Positions 12,591-25,239 of a stretch of 64,000 nt of DNA are shown here, piece by piece. The notes below the pieces were generated by a model. That model was given only the letters and a program-made list of their open reading frames with translations, did not search any database and was not told the DNA's origin. This DNA comes from Glaucostegus cemiculus (taxonomy: Eukaryota), in the NCBI GenBank assembly GCA_976551045.1, contig CDPCPM010000076.1:372001-436000 (forward strand). The letters run 5' to 3'. Position 1 is the first letter of the stretch. Each line of letters opens with the position of its first letter. The position numbers were made by a program, and so were the translations under genes.

Positions 12591-13830
12591 CGCAGTGTCT
12601 GAGAACCAGAAGGAAGAAGCGAGAGAGATGCCGACGCTCCCTCGCCCTTTCGTGGCTCCGGCTGGAGGAAATTCCGCGGGGGCGTGGTGCGGGGGCCGAG
12701 CCAGGCGCCTTTATCACCCGGTCCCCACCGACTGCGGACTCTCGCTCCCTCTCTCGGAGCGGGACAGCCCGGGGACAATGTTTGAGAAGCTCGCCGAGAC
12801 GAGGCGCGCTCGGTTGCCGGAGGAGGAGGAGGAGGAGGAAGGGCGAGGAGACCGGCCGGCGGTCGGGGACGGCGGCCGGTGCCCGAGCTACGGGCAGGTG
12901 CTGCAGGACGTGAACCGCCTGTCCCAACTGCTGGGTCGCTTCCTGCAGGCGGCCGACGGGCTGGTGAGCGCCGCCACCGGGACCCTGGCGCCGCGCCGGA
13001 CGGGCTCGCCGCCCCCCGCCCCCCGCCCCACGCCGCCCGGCAGCCCGGCGGAGTGTGCGGCCGGGCTCGGGGGTAGGGACCGGAGGCGGGACCCGGACGC
13101 AGGGCGGCGGACGGTCGGAGGACGTGGTGGTGGGCGAGGGGTCGGCGGAGCACCAGTGGATGGTGGCGGCGGCCGGCGGCGACCTGGGGCGCCTGGCGGC
13201 TCTGCTGGACAGGGAGCCCGATCTCCTCAACCGGCGGGACCCGGTGAGCGGGCTGACGGCGGGCCACTGGCTGGCCAAGCGGGGCGACCACGGCGCGCTG
13301 CTGGAGCTGGCGGCGCTGGCCGAGCGCCGCGGCTTGCGCCTGGACCTCAACAGCCGGGCGGGGGGCGGCGGACACACCCCCCTGCACCTGGCGGCCATGC
13401 AGGGTCACCAGATGGTCATCAAGCTGCTGGTCGGCGCCTACAACGCCGACGTGGACGCCCGGGACTACGGCGGCAGGAAAGCCTGGCACTACCTGGGCAG
13501 CGGGGTGCCCAGCCAACTCCGGGAGCTGGTAGGGGGGCAGGTAGAGGAGCCCCCGCCCGGGGCAGCAACCCAGCCCCCGCAGGAGGAGGAGAACCAGGCG
13601 CCAGACAAGCCCCTGCTCCCCAGGATGGTCTCGCTGTCGAGGTTCTTCCAGCCCAGCTACTGGCGTCGGTGGAAAACGCAGCGCAGCAGGGACTGAGAAC
13701 GTGGCATTTCCCTAGCGCCAGTCACGTCCCCTTGGCTGGGACGCCCCAGCGCAGTGGAGGGGTGGCGGCCGCCGGTGTATGCACGGCAAGAGCTGCCACC
13801 GGCTACAAGTAACTCAGCGTCCAGTGCTGA
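12590..13830. promoter_or_regulatory. CpG island covering SOWAHD
   Basis: Very high GC and abundant CpG, against AT-rich, CpG-poor flanks. Confidence 0.8.
12778..13696 (+). CDS. SOWAHD: Ankyrin repeat domain-containing protein SOWAHD (sosondowah family), intronless, with an apparent +1 frameshift between 12968 and about 13120
   Basis: Frame of ORF 13055-13696 encodes EHQWMVAAAGGD...DPVSGLTAGHWLAKRG...RRGLRLD...GHTPLHLAAMQGHQMVIKLLVGAYNADVDARDYGGRKAWHYL, matching the SOWAH ankyrin block as I recall it for human SOWAHD (HWLAKHG, RRGLRLD, TPLHLAA, MVIK). Synteny with UPF3B/NDUFA1 supports D. Likely start ATG 12778 (MFEKLAETRR; alternative ATG 12628) is in a different frame, and the ankyrin frame has a stop at 12965-12967. 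Confidence 0.85.
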
Positions 13831-14398
13831 GGCTTGTGATCAGCGTGAATGGTTTTTTGTCCCCCCTAAAATGCGTTCAGAAGCACAATGATTTGCTCTC
13901 GGGATCTCGGGGTGTTTTATTAAAACTTTCATAAAATAATGCTTCCCATTTGTAAACGGTGAATGTGTTCAGAGAAGCGTTTTACTTCAAGAATCCTTGC
14001 ACAATGAGATGTCGCATCTTTCCTCGTCTCTACACTTCCACCAAGCAAGTCTGTGTTCTGGGAGTATTACAGGAATACCTTTTCGTTTTCTTTTTACGTG
14101 AAATTGATAAGGAAACTAATTGATCTGGGATCTGGTGATGTTGGTAATTGTGTAATGATGGCAGAAGCGGATGTTACTGAATTGGTCAGATCCAGTATTT
14201 AACCTTGACTATATTTATTTTCAGTATGTTTTCAAAAAATTCTGTTTAAATTTCACTTTATTGGGGAACTTTTGTACCATAATCTCTATTTTGTACCAGA
14301 AATATTTTAGAAAATTTTTCAAGATGTCTTATTACTATGTATTTTTTTAAAATCACTTGGGTCATTTATATTGATTCTGTGATTAAGTATTAATTATA

Positions 14399-14558
14399 AA
14401 GATCAGAATTAATAATGGAAAATAAAAGTAACTGATAAAATACGATTATTTTGTGAAATCTTTTGTTTAAGGCAAGTTAAGATCAGAATTAATAATGGAA
14501 AATAAAAGTAACTGATAAAATACGATTATTTTGTGAAATCTTTTGTTTAAGGCAAGTT
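14399..14558 (+). repeat. Exact 80-bp tandem duplication containing AATAAA (probable SOWAHD polyadenylation region)
   Basis: 14399-14478 is identical to 14479-14558. AATAAA at 14421-14426 and 14501-14506. Confidence 0.9.
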
Positions 14559-16189
14559 GCAAAGTGGTGATGTTATATACCACACTTGAACTAATACTTA
14601 TGATATTATATTTTTAAAATACTATATATTGTGGGGAAATTGTAGATTTGCCTGCATATTTGATAAACACTATATTTAAAAACAAATTTAAAAGTGTATC
14701 ACAACAAATGGTCTACTCTTTCTGTTGCACAGGCCACAGCCCCCTGCTCTGAATTTCGACCAGTAATTTCTGACGATCTTCTCGTGCTCCACTCTCTTTA
14801 TAATGTAGTGTCAGATGAGTGCATTGGTGTGTGGTAGCTTGAGGATGGGGGAGGCAGGTGATTTAATAAACTACTGGTTTAGCCTTTTCAGTTTGATAAA
14901 GGATATGTTAATAAAATATTGACCACTTTTTGCTCCATTTGTATATTGAAAGGTCTGCCTTGTATTGCATTTTCTGTTTTTATTTCTAGATTGACTCAGT
15001 AGTTCTATTTTGTTCTTCATAGGTAACTTAGAGTAGGACAGATTATTTGTCCCGTGCTTCAAACTTTTGACAAAAATCCCAACCAGGGTGCAAAATACTT
15101 GATGGCTGACTGTGTATCATGTGCTAAAAAATGAGGAAAATGTATTTAAGTTACAAGTATATTTGTTGTATTAGAGTATTCAATGGGTTAATTTTAAAGC
15201 AGTATAGATCAGACGCTGAATGTTTTGCTATACAAATACTTTATTCAAATGAAGGATGTGGGCATTGTTGACAAACCCAGTATTCACTGTAAATCCCTAG
15301 TCACTCTTGAGAATGTAGTGGGTGAGCCACACATATTCCTGAAGCTTTGCTGTGCTGTTAGTTGGAGATCTAGGGTTTTTTTTCAGACTCCATGAGGGAG
15401 GAACAGAAATGTGTTTGCAATTCAGGATCTTGTGACTTGGAAAATATGTAGGTGGTGATGTCCTCATCCTTCTAGTGATTAAGATTGTGGGAGCTGCAGT
15501 TGAAGAATGCAATAAATACAAGAATATTAACATGTGCTGCATATTTACATTACAGTTACTGCTCGGAGGTAGCAGTCATGCACAAATTTGATCTCAAATT
15601 CACTTTTCTTTGACTAGGTTACTTAGGTGAGCTGAGTGTGCCTTCATTGCAGTACTTTTGGCCAATAGTTAAAACATTAAGAATTCTAGCCTCTACAAAA
15701 TAGTTGTTCTATAAAGACTTAAACTGGAGTTAAATGAGCATAAGCTTTGTTCCTGCACTGGATTTAGACACATTGATGAATCAGACTAGATAAGTATGAT
15801 CACCAACCACCACTTTATACCAGTGATTCTAATTTTTATTCACAAATACAGCAGTGGACAACGGAAAGTGTTTTGCGTTAGTGCCAGATTTGGAATGTCA
15901 ATACAACTTCAAGCAATATCTGTAGCTTGTATTTGTACTTAGTTTGGATCATTCTGCTGTCACAATAAAATCCTGCATTTGTTTGCAAATACCAGTTGAA
16001 ATTTACGGATTGAACTGACAGGACTATTTATTCTCTGCTAATATTTAAGATATTTTGGACTTTCTTACCTAAAGTTTGTCTTGTGACTAAATATCATTGG
16101 TTCGCAATGGATATGTTCCTTTCAGATATGCATTTAAGCAACTGCATTATGTAATTAGTTTATTGAATAGGAATTGTTACCAATCTAAC

Positions 16190-17990
16190 CAAAGAAATGT
16201 CCTGATCTGTCAAATACTTATCCACCTCCACTTTAAATACTCCTAATGATCCAGCTTCCACCACCCACTGGGACACAGAATTCCAGAGATTCACCACTCT
16301 CTGAGGAGAAGATGAGACAGATGGGTTAAGTAAGTGGGCAAAGATCTGGCCAATAAAGTATAACATGGGAAAATGTGAAATTATCCATTTTGGTAAGGTA
16401 AAAAAACATTCTCTAACTGGTGAGAAATTGTAGAGCTCTGAGATGCAAAGGGATCTGGGTGGCCGTATACCTGATTCCCAAATGTGGGTAAGTTGACAGA
16501 ATGCTATTATTTTTTGCAAGGGAAATGAATACAAAAGTAAGGAGTTTGTGTTTCGGTTACATGAGATCATGTCTGGAGTGAGGAAGGATGTTAATTTGTT
16601 TGAAGCATTTTGAAGAAGGGTTGCTAGCTTAATTTGTGGAATGGGTGAGTTGCCTTATAAACAACATCTTGTCTTGTATCCACTGGAGTTTAGAAGTTGA
16701 GAGGGGATTAGATTCAAACATATAAGATCATGAAGGAGCTTGACAGAGTGGTATATCTAGAAATGGGGGGGTCAGTGTTTATTTAAAAATATGGGGCTTG
16801 CCCTTTTAAGAGAGATAAGGCATTATTTTTCACCCAAGCTGTCATTAACCCTTAAAGCTCTTTCCCGCAGAGAGCTGGAAATGGTTTTTGAATATTTTTC
16901 ATGCAGAGATAAGCACATTCCTAATTAATGGGTGTGAAAGGTTACTGTGGGTAAATGGGAATGCAGAGTTGAGGTTATAATCAGATTAGGCATGATTTTA
17001 TTAGATGAAAGAGCAGGTTTATTCCTACTCCTAATTTGTTTGTTTATACAAAATGAACAAGGCCTTCTCAGATTGGTAGACCGTGGAGTACTGCAAAAAA
17101 ATGTAATTGACCCCAACACTTCCCCATCTACATCGACAATTTACTAAAGGGGACCAAAATTGTAACAGTCTTCAGTTTTCTGATGCCACAATATTAAGTG
17201 GGAATGTGAGAAGTGAAGAGGATGTGAAACAAGTTCAAGAGGATAGAGAGAAGTTAAATAAGTGGGTCACAACATGACAGGTGGAGCATAATATGGAAAA
17301 ATGTGACGTTAGGTAGAAAAAATACATATGCTGTATACTTTTATGCGGTGAGAGATTGGGAGATATTGATGTTCGGGGAGGTCCAGGCATCCTTGTACAT
17401 TAAACAGTGAAAGCTAACGTGCAGGTCTAGCAGGAAGGTAAATGGTATGTTGACCTTTATTGCAAGAGGACTTGTTTGCAGGAGTGAAGATGTTTTACTA
17501 CAATCATATTGGGCCTTGCTGCACCTGAATTATTGTGTACGGTTTTGTTTTCCTTACCTATAGAAGCATATACGTGCCATAGACCGAGAGCAGCAAAGGT
17601 TCATCAGACTTGTCCCTAGGATGGCAAGTCTGTCATGAGGAGACACTTTGGCCTCTATTCTCCAGAAGGATGAAATGCACAAAATACTTAAGAGATCTTG
17701 ATGGGGAGGATGTTCCCCCTGGCTGAGGACTCTAGAACTATGGATCACAGTCTCAAGATAATGGGGTAGTCCATTTAGGACTAAGAGAAGAAGAACTTCC
17801 TTCTTTAGAATTCTCTAACTGAGAGAATTGTGGAGGCATAACCACTGATTGCATTCAAAACAAAAATCAATAGCTTTCGGTTCATTGGAGGAATGGGGGG
17901 ATGTGGGTACAATGCAGGAAGATGCAAATGATCAGGCATGATCTTGTGTAACAGCAGAGGACTGAACGACTTACTTCTGCTCCTATTATT
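16190..17990 (+). mobile_element. Old degenerate CR1 fragments (short minus-strand piece at about 16190-16310, then plus-strand pieces)
   Basis: QRVVNLWNS on minus. Plus-strand AAATGTGAAATTATCCATTTTGG and GCAAAGGGATCTGGGT CR1 hallmarks. Confidence 0.65.
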
Positions 17991-18021
17991 TTATTTTCAC
18001 AGAAATTGAATTCCAACTAGA

Positions 18022-21000
18022 ATTCTGAGACCTAACCAAAAGCAATTTTAGTGAGAGTGTGAATATAGAAAAAGAGTAACATTTCTTTCTGAATCGGCTT
18101 GAGTTGGCTTTCTCAGCCATATCTGCATTTTGGTAAATGCCTTGCATGAGTGCTGTTTGGTAGCTGGTTTTTGAATAATACAGTAGGAAGTTATTGGGTT
18201 CTTTGTACCTTTTCCCAACTCCCATAAAGAGCTCTCTAGTTAATTATTTTCCCTGTTTTTTCCCCTGTAACTCCACAAACAACACCCAAGTACATACCTA
18301 ATAGTCATTTTCAGGTTGGCACAAAGTGACCAGGTGCCACCAGGATTAATGCAGGGGCCTCAACTGAAATATCTGTGGCAACATATTGCAGCTAAATTCA
18401 TTGATGTTAAGAGGATGGATAAATTGTGAAGAAGAAAGAATTTGCAAAGGAATATAATGAAATGCATGGGCATGAACTGAGCAGATGAAGATCACAAGAT
18501 CACAAGACAAGGGAGCAAAAGTAGGCCATTCAGCCCTTCGAGTCTGCTCCATGAGAAGAAGAGAAAAGATAACATATCTTATCCCCAATTTCCAGCCTTA
18601 TCCCCATATCCCTTGATACCTTGATTAATTAGGTACCTATCCAACTCCCCTTTAAATGCCCCCACTGACTGAGCCTCTACAGCTGTATGTGGCAGAGAAT
18701 TCCACAATTCCACAACCCTCTGACTAAAGTAATTTCTCCTCATCTCTGTTTTAAACTGGTTCCCTCTGATTCTAAGTCTGTGCCCTCTAGTCTTGGACTC
18801 ACCCACCAAGGGAAACAGCCTAGCCACATCTACTCTATCCATTCCTTTCAACATTCTAAACACTTCTATGAGGTCCCCCCTCATTCTTCTGTACTCCAAT
18901 GAGTACAGTCCAAGAGCCGATAAACGCTCATCATAGGTAAGCCCTTTCATACCAGGAATCATCCTTGTAAACCTCCTCTGAACCCTCTCCAACATCAGCA
19001 CATCCTTTCTAAGGTGTGGGGTCCAAAACTGCACACAGTATTCCAAATGAGGACGTACCAGTGCTCGATAGAGCCTCATCATCACTTCCCTACTTCTATA
19101 CACTATACCTCGCGAAATGAACGCCAACATAGCATTCGCTTTCTTTATCGCCGATCCGACCTGGTGGTTGACTTTTAGGGTGTCCTGCACGAGTACCCCC
19201 AAATCCCTTTGTACTTCCGTACTTCCAATTTTCTCCCCATCTAGATAATAATCTGCCCGTTCATTTCTTTTGCCAAAGTGTACTACAGCACATTTGTCAA
19301 CATTGAATTTCATCTGCCATTTCTTTGCCCATTCACCTAACCTATCCAAGTCTCTCTGCAGCCTTCCTGCCTCTTCTATACTCCCTGCTCCACCGCCAAT
19401 CTTGGTGTCATCCGCAAACTTAGCTACAAAACCATTTACTCCATCATCCAAATCATTAATATATAAAGTGAAAAGTAGCGGGCCCAACACCGACCCTTGC
19501 GGGGCACCACTAGTAACCGGTCGCCATCCAGAACAGGATCCTTTTATTCCTACCCGTTGCTTTCTGCCTACCAGCCAATGCTCGACCCATTTTAATATCC
19601 TTCCTGTAATTCCATGCATACTCATCTTATTAATCAACCTCTGATGCGGCACCTTGTCGAAGGCCTTTTGAAAGTCTAAATACACAACGTCCACTGCCTC
19701 TCCCTTATCCACCCTACCTGAGATTTCCTCAAAAAACTCCAATAGGTTGGTCAGGCAAGATCTTCCCTTTACGAAACCATGCTGGCTTGGACCTATCCTG
19801 TCTTGAATCACCAGGTATTCCGTAACCTCATCCTTGAGGATCGATTCCAGTATCTTTCCCACTACTGACATCAAACTAATTGGTCTGTAATTACCTTTAT
19901 GCTGCCTCCCACCTTTCTTATACAGTGGAACTACGTTCGCTACTCTCCAGTCCTCCAGAACCATGCCGGAGTCCATTGACTCCTGGAAAATAATCACTAA
20001 TGCCTCTACAATCTCTAAAGCCACCTCCTTCAGAAACCGAGGGTGCACCTCATCCGGTCCGGGTGACTTATCTGTCTTTAATCCACTTAGCTTCCTTAGC
20101 ATCTTCTCCCTAGTAATCTCAACTGTACTCAGTTCAATCCCCTGGAACCCCTGTCTATCTGGTATATTGCTGGTATCTTCCACAGTGAAGACCGATGCAA
20201 AATACTTATTTAGTTCCTCTGCCATCTCTGTATCTTCTATTATAATCTCTCCCACACCATTTTCAATTGGTCCTATATCAACCCGTGTCTCTCTTTTACA
20301 CCTCATATATTTAAAAAAACTTTTAGTATCTGTTTGAATGTAATCTGCAAATTTCCTTTTATAATTCATCTTTTCTTTCCTAATGACCTTTTTAGCTTCT
20401 TTCTGCAGGTTTTTAAATGTTTCCCAATCCTCAGTTTCCCCACTTATTTTTGCTACCTTGTAGGCCCTCCCTTTTGCTCTTATCTTAGCCTTAACCTCTC
20501 TCATTACCCACATATGTGCCTTCTTTCCATTCAGAACTTTCTTTTTTCTTGGAACATACCTATCCTGCACCTTCCTTATTTCTTGTAGAAACTTTATCCA
20601 TTTCTGCTCCACCGTCCCACCTGCTAGCTTACTCTTCCAATCGATTTGAGACAGTACCTCTCTCATACTGCTGTAGTTTCCCTTGTTCCATTGCCATATA
20701 TGTGCACCAGTTATGAGCCTCTCCTTTTCAAATTTGACTCCAAACTCAATCATATTGTGATCACTGGTTCCTAATGGTTCCATTACTTTTAGCTCCCTAA
20801 TCAGCTCTGGTTCATTGCACAGTACCCAATCCAAAATGGCTGATCCCCTGGTGGGTTCATCTACAAGTTGCTCCAAAAAGCCATCCTGTAGACATTCTAC
20901 AAACTCAGTTTCCTGCGATCCACCTCCTCGCTGATTTTCCCAATCTACCTTCAGGTTGAAGTCCCCCATAATTATCTTCACATTGTCCTTTTGACATGCC

Positions 21001-21176
21001 TTTTCTATTTCTAACTGTATCTTATAGTCCTCCTCCCAGCTGCTGTTAGGGGGGTCTATATATAACTGCAATTATACGAGGTTATCCACTTTGACTCAAA
21101 CCGATTCAGAAAGAAATGTTACTCTTTTTCTATATTCACACTCTCACTAAAATTGCTTTTGGTTAGGTCTCAGAAT
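18022..21176. repeat. 83-bp inverted repeat pair (18022-18104 and 21094-21176) bracketing the young CR1
   Basis: ATTCTGAGACCTAACC...GAATCGGCTTGAGT versus the reverse complement of ACTCAAACCGATTC...GGTCTCAGAAT; one mismatch in 83 bp. Confidence 0.92.
18490..21062 (-). mobile_element. Young 5'-truncated CR1 LINE with uninterrupted ORF2 (partial APE endonuclease + reverse transcriptase)
   Basis: 830-aa ORF 18579-21071: EN motifs IIMGDFN, ILDWVL, SDH; RT motifs NYRPISL, QHGF, YLDFQKAFD, PQGSVLGP, FADD; C-terminal LEYCVQFW, TRGH, QRVVELWNSLP. 3' end carries (TCTTGTGA)2 terminal repeats at about 18490-18510. Starts mid-endonuclease. Confidence 0.95.
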
Positions 21177-21382
21177 CCACAAACAATAGAAAAGCAGAAT
21201 ATTATTTGAAATGGAGTGTGTCTCCAGAATGCTTCTGAAACACGTGGCTAGCATGCATTGCAAGCAGTAACTTGAAAGGCAAATGATACCTTTATTGTAA
21301 AAGGGATGGATCTAAAAGTCGGAAACTCTTTCTACACACCATACAGAACTTGGGTGAGGTCACACCTCGGGCATTGCATATA

Positions 21383-21664
21383 AGAGAGTAGTGAATTTAT
21401 GGAATTCCTTGCCACGTACAGCAGTGGAGCCCAGATCATTGGAGACATTTAAGGAAGAGATAGATAGATATCTGATTAGTGAAGGTATCAAGGGATATGG
21501 GGATAAGGCCAGAAAATGGGGTTAGAACAGGTTTTCCTTGTGCTCATGGAGCAGACTCCCCACTCCCTCTTTCTCATTTTTTCTTTTTCTCTTTCCCTTC
21601 TCTTTGGAACAGACTCGATGGGCCAAATGGCCTACTCTTGCTCCCTTGTCTTGTGATCTTGTGA
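21383..21664 (+). mobile_element. 3' fragment of the same CR1 family, in opposite orientation
   Basis: Same tail CCTACT(C/T)TTGCTCCCTTGTCTTGTGATCTTGTGA as the 18490 element. Encodes RVVNLWNSLPRTAVE. Confidence 0.85.
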
Positions 21665-23126
21665 ATCAAAAGTCATGGGGAACAGATAAGAAAGAGCAGT
21701 TGAGGCTAAGACCAAATCAGCCTTGATCCTCAAGTGATTCAGCAGAATCAACGGGCCACCCAGTTTAACTCTACACCTGCTTCTATTTCTTCTGATGTTT
21801 ACTTAAGAGGAAAGCACTTCCCATAAGAATTCTCTTCATGACGAGATGTCACCTCCTTTCACCTTTAGTTATTTCCTCAAATGTTTTAATGCCCTCTGCT
21901 GACTGGGTTCTCACATTTCTTTTATCAGATACTCTCACCATTTTAAATATTAGCCCTTTGCTTTGTCAACTCTTGCCTAAGGAAGAAAAGCACGTTCTCC
22001 AATCTCTCCACAACACCAAACTCTCTCATCCCTAATATCATCCCAGTAACTCTGAGGCTTAATCAGTAATTTGTTATGGTTAGGGAACAGTACACAATTT
22101 TTTGATTGTGAGTTGAAAATAAGCACAGAATTTTTGTCATCAGACATTATCTGTCAAATAGAGAGGGCAAGAAAGAGAAACCACATGGACACTACTGATC
22201 ACCAGCAAGAGATATGTGTCATTAAGATAAACTTGGAAAGATATCCAATATCTTTTCCTTTGTGGGCTATTGACCAATCCACTAGGTTGCATTACATTCT
22301 AAGATCTGTGGCTGCACCACTCCACAATCTACAAGGAATACCTTTCTCTCCAAATACAGCTAGTTTCAGATGGACAACCTTAAATCCTTCAACTGCATGC
22401 ACAGGTCTTACAGCTGACATTAATGTTTTTTATTTAAGCTCATTTCTTCCCTTTGTCTCTTTATGCAGGAGGGAACTTAACATTGCTTGCATTTTGGGAA
22501 GTATGGTTTTGATTTCCATAACCACAACATCTGCAATACTGCCAAACATGGCAGCATGAAGTGTGTTGTGGCATGTACAGTATGTCATTCAAAAAAAGAT
22601 CTAGTCACAGGAACTTGAGGTCACGCAGTTTAAGATAGGAGAGTAATTAATAGTCAACCACACTGGTTGGTCTGGTGTCACAGATAGACCAAACAAGGAT
22701 GTGGATTTCCTTTTTGGAAGGACATTAGATAGTGTTTTAAATAGCATTTACTTGTTTTGTACTCAATATAACTGACACTAGTTTTGTTTTTAAATTCCAT
22801 ATTTATTTAATTACTTGACTTCATAGCTGTCAACATGGGATTCAACTTTAAATTCCCTATGTCAATGGTCAAGGCTTCTGGATCCTAATCCCATAACAAT
22901 CACTATGTTACCAAACCTCCCTGCCCAGTGAATCCATATATTATATTCATATCTATTTTTCATGGTGTGTCTCTTACTGGGAAGTAAGAGACACAATTAC
23001 ATTGACGATGAAAAATGAGGAGGTTAGAGATGATGTTCCATTCAAGTGTTGCTTCTATTGTCAACATGGAGACCGGAAAGACTTCTGATATTCCACATGT
23101 AGAATATACAGTATCAAATCTATATA

Positions 23127-23418
23127 CAGGGCCTCCCCAGGTTATGAATGCCTGACCTACAGAGACCCTTACATATGAATGAGCTCCCACATCATTAAAT
23201 TCAAAAGTACAATGTACGTACATACATTCGTTCCTACGAACGGCAGAACTAGTTTCCTCTCTTTCCCTTCACTTTTAGCAATTGTTCTTTCTTATCAGTC
23301 TTATGTGCTTTTCATCGCAATACTGTGGAGGTACAGTTACCATACTGAGTGACTTTTGTATATTGTCTGACTTACAAATATACAAAACGGAACCTGTCCG
23401 TTAATGGGGGATGGCCTG
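23127..23418. mobile_element. Tigger/pogo-like non-autonomous DNA transposon (MITE, 292 bp)
   Basis: TA flanks at 23125-23126 and 23419-23420. Imperfect TIRs CAGGGCCTCCCC... / ...GGGGATGGCCTG. Confidence 0.65.
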
Positions 23419-23957
23419 TATTTTTTGCTAGTTCAGGAAGAGAGAGTTTTGGAGTCAATTTAGTGCATAAGTTTCGACGGGAGAAAACCTACTTTCAAAA
23501 AACAAAAATCATCAAACTGTCTATCACAGGCATTTTGAGTATATTTTACTAGTAATAGTAAACACTAATATTTGACTCTCTTTTCCTTTGGTTGCTTACA
23601 ATTGTTATTTATGCTTAGAATTGACTGCTGAGAGTATGAACAGATTACATAATGGTTTGTGTACTGGAGACTGGAACTACTCCCTGCAATGAGGCATCTC
23701 TGACCTTAACCAAACCAACTCAGAGCTGAACCTATTCCTGTTCTAAGGTCAGTGAAGCCAAAACCAACAGTGATAGTGCTATGAAAGCAACTATGATGTC
23801 TTCTGATTTATCTTGATCAACTGAGCTAACTTTACTCCTTCCAAATTGAAATCCAGTGCAGCGAATCTGTTTGTAAGTTTTGTTAAGTACCTGCATCTCA
23901 ATTTCACATTGACCATCGGGCCAAAATTCCAGAGCAGACTCATAGCCGGGGACTGAG

Positions 23958-24204
23958 ATAAGATTTCTTTATCAGTCACGTGCATCAAAAAACATAGCGC
24001 GAAATGCATCCTTTTTTGCATAGATGCAGGGGCAGCCCGCAAATGTCACCACGCTTCTGCCGCCAACATAGCATGCCCACGACTTCCTAACCTATACGTC
24101 TTTGGAATGTAGGAGAAAACTGGAGCACCCAGAGGAAAGCCACGCAGACATGGGGAGAACGTACAAACTCCTTACGGATAGCGGTGGAATGCTGTAATAG
24201 CGTT
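23958..24204 (-). mobile_element. V-SINE, alternative-tail subfamily
   Basis: Reverse complement of the V-domain plus tail GCATGCTATGTTGGC...GCGGGCTGCCCC...GATGCATTTC...GATAAAGAAATCTT. Confidence 0.8.
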
Positions 24205-25239
24205 ATGAAGATCCGAGGTCATGTTTTTTCATCTGAGAGCTGATCTCACCTGAAATCTTCAGGCCATTTAGGAATGGGTCAGTAACATTCGGACCACATA
24301 AGTACCAGGTAATGACACCAATGTGAGCCAAACCATACCTATCCTTGATATTCAGTGGTAATATCATTGCTGAATCCTCCGTCAACATCACTGGACCAGC
24401 CACATGGGATATGGCAGCATAGTGGTTCAGTTACTGGAGAGCAGGCATAGTTCTCGTCTATTGATATTTGAATCTTTTTTTCAACTGGAGAATTTAAATT
24501 TATAATAATTTGGTATTAGCAAAAGACCATATTGCCAGTTTAAAGAGTACTATAAAATACCACCAGTGTCCTGATACCATATGAGTACTTGGGCTTGGGT
24601 ATGGACACATGTACAGGGACAACATCGCCTTTCATCCTTGAGAAAGGAGACTTTGTTTTGGTGACGATGGAAGAGTGGAGCTATACTTTGTTATTCCCAG
24701 GTGCAGTCAATGAAGAGAAAATATTGTCCATTTTGTTCCCATTTCTGCAACTTCCTGGAGGGACCAGTAATGTACAGCTTGAAACTATTGGATTATCACA
24801 AGACATACTTTTACCTCTGTATCAGATGCATATTAGGTTTATTTTCCAAACACACATCCATTAGTGATTCCAATTCACTTCTGGAAACAAACACATTATG
24901 CCTGGTGTAGACAACTGGTTACAATATGTATAGCTTAACTGAATGACCAATGAATCTGGGGAAACTTCATCCAACATCTGGTGGGATCTAATGACCTAGC
25001 CCATACTGTTCACTTGAAGCTGCCATATGAAGCATTCAGTTATCCAGCCAAGATCAGCAAGTGTGAAAGGCATCCCAGATGCATTTACAGAGATCTTATA
25101 CTCCATTCTAACATGTGCAAGAGTGTCATTGGGGTTTCTGTGCTGGGAAGTGGAGTTGAAGAGTCATTGAAGATGTGGGTGAATCAGACTCTTCCTACCT
25201 CAGTCTGGGATCTGCCTATAATGCATACATGATGTGAAC

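Noticed and set aside
11813-13812. Long ORFs of 567, 481, 607, 248 and 208 aa overlapping SOWAHD and the upstream repeat
   Set aside because: Produced by a stop-poor minisatellite and extreme GC content. Translations are low-complexity G/R/P repeats. Only part of the 607-aa frame is used, as the probable SOWAHD N-terminus.
14733-14857. Exon-like segment with polypyrimidine acceptor and weak donor on plus strand
   Set aside because: Short frame ends in a stop, no recognisable protein and no partner exon found.
18579-21071. 830-aa ORF as a host gene or autonomous element
   Set aside because: It is CR1 ORF2 starting mid-endonuclease, with no ORF1 or promoter. The listed start codon lies in flanking DNA.
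22071-22559. 162-aa ORF containing a strong acceptor near 22469
   Set aside because: Non-ATG start, no recognisable motifs and no compatible neighbouring exons.
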